Below are positions 5,474 to 13,279 of a stretch of DNA of 32,000 bases, piece after piece. Numbering within the stretch: the stretch's first letter is position 1; each line of letters starts with the position of its first letter. Where the stretch lies: assembly GCA_025340205.1 (NCBI GenBank), contig CP006868.1, positions 60,001-92,000 on the forward strand. The letters run 5' to 3'. The notes beneath the pieces are model-generated. The model was not told the origin of the DNA. It did no database searches and saw nothing but the letters and a program-made list of their open reading frames with translations. Origin of the DNA: Ignicoccus pacificus DSM 13166 (GTDB lineage Archaea; Thermoproteota; Thermoprotei_A; Sulfolobales; Ignicoccaceae). The translations under genes and the position numbers were made by a program.

Positions 5474-6818
5474 CTCTCATGCCCCTCCCATAATGACCTT
5501 GGTGAGGTGTTGTCGGCACATTATAGCTTTCAAAACTTATTACATTCGATTGTTGCATAGAATGTGGAGAGTGGAAGTATGGATCCGGCGGTAATCGCTG
5601 CTGGGCTGGTGTTCTTTGTGGTCCTGTGGCTGCTGCTGTACTCTCCGGTGTCTTCGCTGCTAAAGATGGTGGTGAACGTGCTGACGGATCCAATAGTCTC
5701 GATGATAGCTGCTGTGGCGGGGTTTGCTGCTGCGTACTACGTGGTAGTATATGTCCTTGGTCTAAGCTTGATCGCGTAAAGGGAGGTGGTGGGTGATGGT
5801 CATAGCCATTAACCCCGTAGCTCTGATAGTATTCGTCATCGTGTATGTACTCACCTACGCCATTGTTAAGAACGCCTTGCAAAGCATTGTCGTGCCACTG
5901 TTGATAGCCGGCGCTGCCGCCTACTACACCTACCTGTTCTTGCTGAGCATGGGGATATGAGAAAGCCTTGAAGTACTGCTGCCCAACGTCATCAACTAGT
6001 AGATGTAAGTAAATCTGAGTTGTTTTTATATCGCTGTGTCCCAGGAGCCTCTGTACGGCCGGTAAACTCATGCCTCTCCTCAAGGCCTCCGTAGCGAAGG
6101 TATGCCTCAGAACGTGTGGGTGAACCCTGTCTTCCGGAATCCCGGCCCTCTTGGCTAACCTCTTGAGCCTCTTGTAGACAGCTTGATATGATATGGGTAT
6201 GAGCTTTCCGGTGCTAACGATATCGTTCCATGCTCTTCTTATAGCCTCTTCGGTAAGGGGGCCGAAGAACACTATTCTTTCTTTCCCATACTTACCTCTA
6301 ACCCTTATCGCTCTTCTGTTGAAGTCTATGTCTCTCAAGGTAATGCCCAATGCTTCCGAAACTCGGACGCCCGTTTCTAATAACAACGCTAGTATCAAGA
6401 AGTCCAAGGGATCCCGACAGGCCCTTATGAGAGCCTCCACCTCTTCTCTACGAAGAGCTTCTACGACATCTCTCCTAGGCTTGGGCACTACGGGAAGGCC
6501 CTCTAGGCCCAGCCATTCTAAGAAGTTCTTCACAAACAGACTGTAGTAATGTAAAGTGGTTTGTTGAGCCTTCTTGTCCTTTTTCTTACTTTTTTCGAAA
6601 CCCATCCTCATTCTGTACCTTACCCATCTCGCATAGTGCTCGTACTTGACCTCCTTTACCTTTATGTCGCCAATAACTTTAATGAAGTCTTGAATAGCAG
6701 CCCTATAGCTCTTCAAAGTCTTCTCGTTTGCTCCAGAAGTCTCCATGAACATCATGAACGTTTCCAGCGCTTCGCTGAGCTTCCACTCTGGATTGGGTTT
6801 GATCGTAGGTCGGCGCAC
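5088..6818 (-). CDS. xerA: XerA/XerCD-type tyrosine recombinase (catalytic domain about 5960..6818) whose ORF runs on about 290 codons to the first stop at 5088
   Basis: N-terminal SAM-like core-binding domain (TLKSYRAAIQDF). Catalytic residues R152 (ETGVRVSEAL), H235-x-x-R238 (HVLRHT), H261 (LLGHSD), Y270 (TTQIYLHL, codon 6009-6011). GTG start with TATA-like TTACTATAGTAAAA upstream. No in-frame stop until 5088. Confidence 0.85.
   Translation of the reverse strand: MRRPTIKPNPEWKLSEALETFMMFMETSGANEKTLKSYRAAIQDFIKVIGDIKVKEVKYEHYARWVRYRMRMGFEKSKKKDKKAQQTTLHYYSLFVKNFLEWLGLEGLPVVPKPRRDVVEALRREEVEALIRACRDPLDFLILALLLETGVRVSEALGITLRDIDFNRRAIRVRGKYGKERIVFFGPLTEEAIRRAWNDIVSTGKLIPISYQAVYKRLKRLAKRAGIPEDRVHPHVLRHTFATEALRRGMSLPAVQRLLGHSDIKTTQIYLHLLVDDVGQQYFKAFSYPHAQQEQVGVVGGSAGYQQWHDNALQGVLNNGVGEYIHDDEYYQSYGVNGYDHHPPPPFTRSSLDQGHILPRSTQQQTPPQQLSSRLLDPSARSPPSLAAKTPESTAAATGPQRTPAQQRLPPDPYFHSPHSMQQSNVISFESYNVPTTPHQGHYGRGMRDGSIGNGNASVGFIGKGRGGIEEEAQGVGTSWAGRGWSNNYQGRGTAPSANFGEADPRWDGSFGRGGGQVLPLPRGLPEANRGEDGVQPLPWNAQRAIGPGERGEEVIDVLQETDYPKGVRRERAQIW
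5542..5565. promoter_or_regulatory. inverted repeat ACATTC-N12-GAATGT in the divergent ribK / small-membrane-gene promoter region
   Basis: Arms at 5542-5547 and 5560-5565. A TATA-like TTATAGCTTT/AAAGCTATAA element lies at 5521-5530 in the same 105-nt spacer. Confidence 0.25.
5579..5779 (+). CDS. small two-TM membrane protein (66 aa from ATG 5579; the ORF track starts at GTG 5564)
   Basis: Strongly hydrophobic, two TM-length segments. Ends with ..AGFAAAYYVVVYVLGLSLIA. Paralogous to the next ORF. Confidence 0.55.
   Translation: MDPAVIAAGLVFFVVLWLLLYSPVSSLLKMVVNVLTDPIVSMIAAVAGFAAAYYVVVYVLGLSLIA
5796..5960 (+). CDS. small two-TM membrane protein (54 aa), not in the ORF track (below size cutoff)
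   Basis: ATG 5796 preceded by GGGAGGTGGTGGGTG (strong SD-like) 16 nt after the previous stop. Translation is MVIAINPVALIVFVIVYVLTYAIVKNALQSIVVPLLIAGAAAYYTYLFLLSMGI. It shares the A-G-x-AAAYY motif and topology with 5579..5779. Confidence 0.5.
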   Translation: MVIAINPVALIVFVIVYVLTYAIVKNALQSIVVPLLIAGAAAYYTYLFLLSMGI

Positions 6819-6891
6819 GTATTTACCCAGTTTTACTATAGTAATTCAACGTATCTAAATCCCCCAAAGTTGGAAATACCGGAGTGTAGCA

Positions 6892-7356
6892 ATGGATTAT
6901 CTAGCGATAGGCTTGGTTTTAGCACTAATATATTTGCTCTTGGCAGTGGCCGACTACTATAGCACAACTCTCGTTCTTAGTAGCGGGAAGGGAAGAGAGG
7001 CAAACCCCTTAATGAATAGTCTGATTAAGAAATATGGTATGGAAGCAACTCTGTGGGTGCAAGTTCTATCATGGCTATTCATGGCGTCAATGATTGTATT
7101 GTACCCTACTGAAGAGACGATAGTCGGAACAGTTATAGTCCTTCTCTTAAAGGCGCTAGTGGTAACCAATAACGTCGTGAACGCTGAGGTGGTGTGGAGC
7201 CATGCTAATCAAGGTAAAGGGGTTCAGGGTGGGGGACAGAATAATAGTAAGGCCCCAGGAAGTATCGCTGAACCCCGGCCTGAACTGCTTGTTAGGTCCC
7301 TCGGGTCTGGGAAAGACCACCTTCCTCAGATCCCTCTTGCAAGCTTATCGAGATGA
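6892..7356 (+). CDS. small membrane protein (about 3 TM, E-A-N-P-L motif; resembles DUF5658-type proteins from memory) with a non-hydrophobic tail encoded inside the next gene
   Basis: ATG start. The hydrophobic part ends near residue 100. The last roughly 50 codons overlap the ABC ATPase gene out of frame. Confidence 0.6.
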   Translation: MDYLAIGLVLALIYLLLAVADYYSTTLVLSSGKGREANPLMNSLIKKYGMEATLWVQVLSWLFMASMIVLYPTEETIVGTVIVLLLKALVVTNNVVNAEVVWSHANQGKGVQGGGQNNSKAPGSIAEPRPELLVRSLGSGKDHLPQIPLASLSR

Positions 7357-7831
7357 AACGTCGTTTATACCTCAAGAACTCAACTTACCCCCTTATGCAA
7401 CCCCTCGAGACATAGCTCATCACATATCGAAGATCAATAGGTGTACAACTAGACACAATTACATGTTGAAGTTCATGCAATACGTTAAGATCTTAGGAGT
7501 TGAGAACTTGTTGGATACCAGAATAGTAAAGTTGAGCTCAGGCGAAAAGGAGAGGATAGCCGTCAGTACAGTGTTGGCGAGAGGATGTAAGCTCCTCCTA
7601 GCTGATGAGCCCGGTAAGCACTTAGATCCGTTAAACTTGTTCAGAGTGATAGAACTTATCAAACACGAAGCTGATTATGCCCTGATTACTTTACATAATC
7701 CCTTGCCCTTGGCACTCTGCGATCGATTCTATACCTTGGTCGAGGGGGTATTCCGGGAGACCACTCCAAAAGAGGCATTAGGATTGGAACTCTATCCCGA
7801 GGACAACTGCTTGAGAACCTGTTTGGGCTAA
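7202..7831 (+). CDS. ABC transporter ATP-binding protein (single NBD, 209 aa), no permease gene adjacent
   Basis: Walker A GPSGLGKTT, Q-loop IPQE, signature LSSGEKERI, Walker B LLLADEP, H-switch TLHN. GAGGTGG SD-like motif about 9 nt upstream of the ATG. Confidence 0.88.
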   Translation: MLIKVKGFRVGDRIIVRPQEVSLNPGLNCLLGPSGLGKTTFLRSLLQAYRDETSFIPQELNLPPYATPRDIAHHISKINRCTTRHNYMLKFMQYVKILGVENLLDTRIVKLSSGEKERIAVSTVLARGCKLLLADEPGKHLDPLNLFRVIELIKHEADYALITLHNPLPLALCDRFYTLVEGVFRETTPKEALGLELYPEDNCLRTCLG

Positions 7832-7873
7832 AACAAACTTATATCATTGTAGAAAGTATTACGGAATGTAATT

Positions 7874-9769
7874 ATGAAGTGCGGATGGCGCAAGCTGCTG
7901 ATAACCAGTGACCCTTCCGACTTGATCAGGCTCAAGGGAAAAGTCCTTTACGTATCGAACGAGAGACCCGAGTTCCCATGGAGAAGATTAAGACCTTCTC
8001 AATATAGAAGGGTCTTAGGGACCGAATGGGATTCCGCCGTCTTTGACCTAGCCTCGGCAATACCGGCTAACGCCTTCCCAGCTGTGGCGGAGACGGTTAA
8101 GGCAGGAGGAAAGATTGTGATGATGCCCCCTTCTGAACCTCTGGAGGAAGTCTACAGAAGAAGGGGAGGAACGGGTCTCTTCGGAAGGTACCTCGAGAGA
8201 GCGCTTAAGCTATATGAAGAGAGAGGGAGATGTCCTCCTTGGCGACCTCCTTCCGGACTTACCGAAGAGCAGAGGAGGGCGCTTAAGAAGTTCGCTGGGT
8301 TCGTAATAGGAAGAGGTAAGGCATTCGTAATAATCGGCGACAGAGGGAGAGGGAAGAGCGCTCTCCTAGGAGCCATAGCTGCAAAGAGCGTTATCATACA
8401 TGGGATCAGCAGAGTAGAGGTAACCTCACCGTCACCGGAGATGCCGAGCTTCTTGAAAATGATGGAAAGTGTACTTAGGGAAAGTAAGGAGAGGTTTAGA
8501 ATTGAAAAAGCTGGCGAAGAGTGGAAGGTGCTTGGTCCTAATTGGAGAATAGAATGGGTTCCACCTAATAAGGCTGGAGGAAAGAGTGGTATCGTTTTGG
8601 TCGACGAAGCCGCTTCAATCGGATTGGCTAGAGTCGAGAGGATATTGAAGAGATCGTGGAAGGTCGTCCTGAGTACCACTATACATGGCTACGAGGGCTC
8701 CGGAAGGGCATTAACGAAGATAATGCTAAGAAAATTGAGAGATCCGGTAGTAATAGAGCTCAAGGAGCCAGTTAGGTATCCGCCCAATGATCCTGTGGAG
8801 AGGTGGCTCTACAAGGTCTTTCATCTAAAGGAATACGACTGGGATCCAGGGGAACCTACTAGGGTCAAGGAGATCGATAGGCGAGAGTTAGCTGATCCGA
8901 TAGCAATGAAAGAAATAGCTAACCTCCTAGCCATGGCCCATTACAGGTGGGAGCCCTCTGATATAGAGCTAGTATTGGAACATCCAAGGGGTAAGCTTTT
9001 CGTTTATGAGGGAACGAGTGGGATACTCGGCGTCGCCTTCACTGTCGACGAGGAACCTCCTCAAGATCCTTGGGGCGAGGCTAAGGGAGCCGCTCTAAGC
9101 AGATTACTAAGTAGAGTAAGACCCGTAGAGGCGAGGAGAGTGGTGAGGATAGCGATTCACCCAGATTATCAAGGAAGAGGATATGGGAGTGAGCTGCTAA
9201 GGAACTTGGAACATGGGATAACGGGTGCAGTGTTTTCTAACCATGAGGTCTTGGACTTTTGGCTCAAAAATGAGTACAAGGTAATCTACCTCTCGCCTAG
9301 GTACAATAAAGTTACTGGCGAGAAGAACGTGGCAGTGGCTAAGGGTATAGGCGAACTTCAGGAGGTCGTGGATGAGGCCCATAGAGAGTTCCTCGAAGGT
9401 ATGTTGCTATCTCTACATGTGGTATACAGGGACGTGGATCCTAAAAAGATACATAAAATGATGAAGCCCTATGACGCCGAGATAAAGATACCGCTGAAGT
9501 GCGAGTATCTTTCCCTGTTTCTAGAGGGACGTATAGAGGCTGAAACAGCTGCTCGATCGTTATATGCTTGCTTGTTGTCAAAGCCAAAGCTCTTAGAAGA
9601 GGTAAGCGAACCTCCTTTGGTAATAGGCTACCTCCTTCAAGGAAAGACCCTTTGGGACTTGGCAGCTTCTTATGAAGAGAAGCCGGAGGAAGTCAAGGAT
9701 AAGCTCAAGAAAAGCTTGAGGGAGCTCGCCCTTAGGTGCAGAGAGACAGAATGCGATCCCGAGCGGTAA
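7874..9769 (+). CDS. tmcA: tRNA(Met)/RNA cytidine N4-acetyltransferase (TmcA/Nat10 family)
   Basis: N-terminal DUF1726-like region, helicase-type Walker A GDRGRGKSALLG, DEAA (Walker B-like), GNAT acetyl-CoA motif IAIHPDYQGRGYGSELL, C-terminal helical tRNA-binding-type tail. Confidence 0.9.
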   Translation: MKCGWRKLLITSDPSDLIRLKGKVLYVSNERPEFPWRRLRPSQYRRVLGTEWDSAVFDLASAIPANAFPAVAETVKAGGKIVMMPPSEPLEEVYRRRGGTGLFGRYLERALKLYEERGRCPPWRPPSGLTEEQRRALKKFAGFVIGRGKAFVIIGDRGRGKSALLGAIAAKSVIIHGISRVEVTSPSPEMPSFLKMMESVLRESKERFRIEKAGEEWKVLGPNWRIEWVPPNKAGGKSGIVLVDEAASIGLARVERILKRSWKVVLSTTIHGYEGSGRALTKIMLRKLRDPVVIELKEPVRYPPNDPVERWLYKVFHLKEYDWDPGEPTRVKEIDRRELADPIAMKEIANLLAMAHYRWEPSDIELVLEHPRGKLFVYEGTSGILGVAFTVDEEPPQDPWGEAKGAALSRLLSRVRPVEARRVVRIAIHPDYQGRGYGSELLRNLEHGITGAVFSNHEVLDFWLKNEYKVIYLSPRYNKVTGEKNVAVAKGIGELQEVVDEAHREFLEGMLLSLHVVYRDVDPKKIHKMMKPYDAEIKIPLKCEYLSLFLEGRIEAETAARSLYACLLSKPKLLEEVSEPPLVIGYLLQGKTLWDLAASYEEKPEEVKDKLKKSLRELALRCRETECDPER

Positions 9770-10731
9770 AGGTGGAGAAGGAAAAAGCACAAGAGACATT
9801 GAAGGAATTCTACAAGAAAGGAATCGTCAAGAAAGAGTTAAAGATAAAGAAGGAGGGAGAGTACGTAATCATTCCAGTTACGGAATGCCCGCAGTCCTTC
9901 GAATGCATCGAAGCTGAGTTTGAGGAGAGGAAGAGGAGCGTTAGCTTGAAGGATTGTCTCAAACAAAGAGTAGGAGAGGGTAACTGGCCTAGATCGTTCT
10001 CAATAATAGGGGATATAGCTGTTATATCGGCTAATGAAGAAATATTGAGATATGGAAAGGAGATAGCCGAATGTATTATGGAGAATCAAAGAGTAAAGTC
10101 AGTTTGGGCGAAGGTTAGTACGGAGGGCGAGGAGAGAGTAGCTAGGCTCATTCATCTGGGTGGCGAGAGGAGGACTGTGACTACGTACAAAGAACACGGA
10201 TTATCGTTCAAAGTAGACATCGCTAAAGTGTACATCAATCCTTCCTTTGCGGAAGAGCACGCTAGGGTAGCGGGATTAGTTAGGGATGGGGAAAGAGTGT
10301 TAGATGCCTTCTCAGGCCTGGGCTTCTTCTCCTTCCATATCGCAAAGAATAAAAGGTGTGAGTGCTTCGCAATAGATCTAAATCCTTGGGCAATAAAATT
10401 CATGATAGAAAATATCGAGAGAAATAAGAGAAAGCTAAAGGGTATAATAATTCCAATAATGTCCCCCTTTGAGTTGATATCTTCTGCCTTTAAGAGGAAG
10501 TACTTTGATGTAACTATAATGAATTTGCCTCATAAGGCTTACCAATACTTGGACCGAGCGATTGAACTGACTAAGAGATTGATTGTGCTGTACGTGGTTG
10601 GCGGTGAGGAGGAAGTCAAGAATAAGGTAGAGGGATATAACGTGTTGAATATGCTGAAAGTTATCGATTATGCGCCATACAAGTACATCTGGAGGGTGGA
10701 GATCAGTCCAGAGGGGTCTGGCCGCTCTTGA
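9751..10731 (+). CDS. trm5: tRNA (guanine37-N1)-methyltransferase Trm5/Taw22 family (Met-10+ like)
   Basis: FSIIGDIAVI, KVYINPSFAEEH, SAM motif VLDAFSGLGFFSFHIA and IDLNPWA, MNLP. ATG 9751 overlaps the tmcA stop by 19 nt. The ORF-track GTG 9736 is the alternative start. Confidence 0.85.
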   Translation: MRSRAVKVEKEKAQETLKEFYKKGIVKKELKIKKEGEYVIIPVTECPQSFECIEAEFEERKRSVSLKDCLKQRVGEGNWPRSFSIIGDIAVISANEEILRYGKEIAECIMENQRVKSVWAKVSTEGEERVARLIHLGGERRTVTTYKEHGLSFKVDIAKVYINPSFAEEHARVAGLVRDGERVLDAFSGLGFFSFHIAKNKRCECFAIDLNPWAIKFMIENIERNKRKLKGIIIPIMSPFELISSAFKRKYFDVTIMNLPHKAYQYLDRAIELTKRLIVLYVVGGEEEVKNKVEGYNVLNMLKVIDYAPYKYIWRVEISPEGSGRS

Positions 10732-11767
10732 GCATCGAACGATACACGTTGCTAGTGTTCTTGAACTTCTTGGCTTTAACCACTATCCATTCTCCTTCCT
10801 CCCATTTCTCTTCAACTATTACCTTGACGCCCAAGCTCCTCGTGTAATTCAAGTACTCTTCAAGGTCTTCCTCATGGGGAAACCTTAGTACAAACCTCTC
10901 GAAGAGAGTCTCGCCTTGAGCTACCTCCTTTAGACTCTCCACCGCTGGTTTCAGTATAGCCATCCCAAGCTCCAAGGCCCTCCTCTCGAGCTCCTTGTCA
11001 CTAAGACCTTCCTCGTAGACCTTGAAGATCTCTCTTACTATTCTTGGAAACAAATAGTCCTTCCCCTCGTCGAATGGATATCTCATCCCTTCCCTTATAT
11101 CACCAATATTCGTGTAAGAACCAGTATACTTTGCGGGCGATCTCTTGTACTCCGGATCCTTCATGACGACGCCTTCTCTCCCCTCCTTGTCAAATCGATC
11201 TATGATTTCCTTGATTTTGAGTGGGGCTTCAGAACTTTCGAAGGTTCCCAGCAGTCTGACGCTTCTAAGTCCGTGTCTCTTAACTATCTCATGCCTCTCC
11301 TCTACCGGCATTTGTCTCCATCCGTCCTCGGTCTTAACGAATATGTCGAAGATGAAGTAATCGAAGTAAGGCGCTTCAGGATACTTTACCCTGACGTAGG
11401 GGTTTTCCACGCCAACTACCTCCCCAGCCAGGAAGCTTCCCGGAGGGAGTTCTTCTAGTAAGGCCTTCACCTTTTCTCCATACAATGTGTTTAATCTGGC
11501 GTTAGTGTAGGGACACAAGTAACCGCCCCTAGTTATGAATGCAACGTCCCCGCCCACTATCATTGCCCTGACGTTGTAACCGTTCATCTTTTCCTCTACG
11601 CTTACTCCCTCCGGGAAGTGCTCAGGAACCTTAGAGAGTAATACTAATCTCTTTATTGAGGGATAACCAGGCACTATCTTTACATCATCGTTATGATAAA
11701 TGATGACCGAACCCTTACCAAAGCCACCTTTCTTAAAAGGATAGTAAATAAAGTCCTTGTACTTCAT
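10703..11767 (-). CDS. ATP-dependent RNA ligase, archaeal Rnl3 (Pab1020-like) family
   Basis: Nucleotidyltransferase motif I VEEKMNGYNVR. ITRGGYLCPYT, REGVVMKDP, AKYTGSY and a C-terminal dimerisation-type domain are collinear with my recollection of the Pyrococcus Pab1020 ligase. ATG 11767 preceded by GGGGGAT. The ORF-track TTG 11788 is the alternative start. Confidence 0.86.
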   Translation of the reverse strand: MKYKDFIYYPFKKGGFGKGSVIIYHNDDVKIVPGYPSIKRLVLLSKVPEHFPEGVSVEEKMNGYNVRAMIVGGDVAFITRGGYLCPYTNARLNTLYGEKVKALLEELPPGSFLAGEVVGVENPYVRVKYPEAPYFDYFIFDIFVKTEDGWRQMPVEERHEIVKRHGLRSVRLLGTFESSEAPLKIKEIIDRFDKEGREGVVMKDPEYKRSPAKYTGSYTNIGDIREGMRYPFDEGKDYLFPRIVREIFKVYEEGLSDKELERRALELGMAILKPAVESLKEVAQGETLFERFVLRFPHEEDLEEYLNYTRSLGVKVIVEEKWEEGEWIVVKAKKFKNTSNVYRSMLKSGQTPLD

Positions 11768-11813
11768 GATCCCCCGTTCCGACTTCAAGTAGCGAATATT
11801 TTAGGAGGGGGCC

Positions 11814-13193
11814 TCAGAGCTTCTGTTCTATGTACTCTATAACCTTGTAAATTCCATATTCCTTGGGCTTCTTCATCTTTCTCCTACTAATCTTCCTCCA
11901 GACTATCTCTATTATAGCTGGCGGTACCATGAGGGTTAGCAGCGCCTTTAGCTGGCTCCAGAAGTTCATTGAGAGAGCCACGTAAACTAGTATTATAGCG
12001 GACACTAGGGTTAGAATGGTACCCGCCAGGGTTAGCGACTTACTAGCCCCTATCTTATCAGCTAGCTTGTGCGCCGAGTAGTTCACGGCGAGGAAGACCA
12101 GCAGGAAACCTAAGCTTCCCATGAGAGATATGTTAGCTAGTGAGTACGTATTGGCCAGCACTACTGCCGCCAGAGAGGTCATTAAGACACCTTCCTTGGG
12201 TTGATTCCAAGCCTTTTTCCTGAGTGGTTCCTTGAGCTCTCCGTGTTTGAATATTAGGTATGCGATCCTTCCAGCTCCATAGATCGTAGCGTTTATCGCT
12301 GAGGCAGTTGAGTAGAGGGCAGCTATTCCTATTAGCACAAATCCTATCTTACCCAACAAGGGCTCGGCTATTACTGCCAATGCATAGTCCTTATACTTCA
12401 CTATCTCATTAACTGGAAGCGTAGTGACTGAGACATATGCTATGAGAACGTATATTGCTACGACTATTGATACTGAGAGGAAGAACGCCCAGTAGAGGTC
12501 CTTCTTGTTGTCGGCGTCGAGGCCAGCATTTGAGATAAGCTCGAAGCCCTCATAGGCTAGGAAGATGATCATTCCTCCGGCTATTATATAGTGAAGCGGA
12601 GGCCACGGCTGCTTGAATATCAGCTCTGGATCGGAGTGCAGAAGCCCTATCACGGTGAAGAATAGCAGTATGGCAACCTTTATGTAGACGAGGAAGTCCT
12701 CGATTTTACCCATGATCTCGGCTCCAAGTAAGTTGATGAACATGAAAGTGAGCAATATTGCAGTTATCAACACGTGTTGAATGAAAGTGTAGCTCAGCGT
12801 GCCTTCCTTGAACCCGAGGAGAGCAGCTCCGTAACTTCCAAAGGCGAAGGAGTATAATGATAGCATTACTATGTAGCTGACCCATAGTAGTGTGCTAAGG
12901 TATCCCACTAACTTCTCCTTTTCTATTCCCATTGCTATATACTCTATGGTTCCTCCCATACAAGGATGGTAGTAGGAGAACTTCGCATAAGAGTAGGCCG
13001 TCAAGAACGCTATTAGGCCAGCTATGGAGAATGCTATCGGAGCAAGAGGTCCGGCTATCTTTATTGAGAGTCCTAAGACGGCGAATATGCCGCCCCCTAT
13101 CATCCCTCCTATTCCTATTGCCGTTAGCTCCTTCAGTCCCAGTTTCTTACGTCCATACTTATACATACACTTGCACTTCCTCGAAGACGACAT
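11814..13193 (-). CDS. APC-superfamily amino acid permease
   Basis: LKELTAIGIGGMIGGGIFAVLG TM1 signature and about 12 hydrophobic segments. The first 86 codons of the ORF-track call (to 13451) are non-hydrophobic Ser/Leu/Pro-rich and overlap the divergent gene at 13280. I therefore start at ATG 13193, with ATG 13166 as alternative. Confidence 0.88.
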   Translation of the reverse strand: MSSSRKCKCMYKYGRKKLGLKELTAIGIGGMIGGGIFAVLGLSIKIAGPLAPIAFSIAGLIAFLTAYSYAKFSYYHPCMGGTIEYIAMGIEKEKLVGYLSTLLWVSYIVMLSLYSFAFGSYGAALLGFKEGTLSYTFIQHVLITAILLTFMFINLLGAEIMGKIEDFLVYIKVAILLFFTVIGLLHSDPELIFKQPWPPLHYIIAGGMIIFLAYEGFELISNAGLDADNKKDLYWAFFLSVSIVVAIYVLIAYVSVTTLPVNEIVKYKDYALAVIAEPLLGKIGFVLIGIAALYSTASAINATIYGAGRIAYLIFKHGELKEPLRKKAWNQPKEGVLMTSLAAVVLANTYSLANISLMGSLGFLLVFLAVNYSAHKLADKIGASKSLTLAGTILTLVSAIILVYVALSMNFWSQLKALLTLMVPPAIIEIVWRKISRRKMKKPKEYGIYKVIEYIEQKL

Positions 13194-13279
13194 GAGAGGG
13201 TACCGGAACACGTGTGAATGAATGATAAATAAGGAATGGCTCTTTCTTAATTCAATAAATATAGAAAGGTGAGTAAGAG

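Noticed and set aside
1023-6818. Possible integrated element using the tRNA-Met gene as attachment site, with the tyrosine recombinase at 5960-6818 as its integrase
   Set aside because: The intervening genes are ordinary housekeeping genes (SDR, guaA, permease, ribK). I could not find a direct repeat of the tRNA 3' half anywhere near the recombinase. The recombinase has a XerA/XerCD-like architecture, not an SSV-type or pNOB8-type integrase layout. Chromosomal xerA is the simpler reading.
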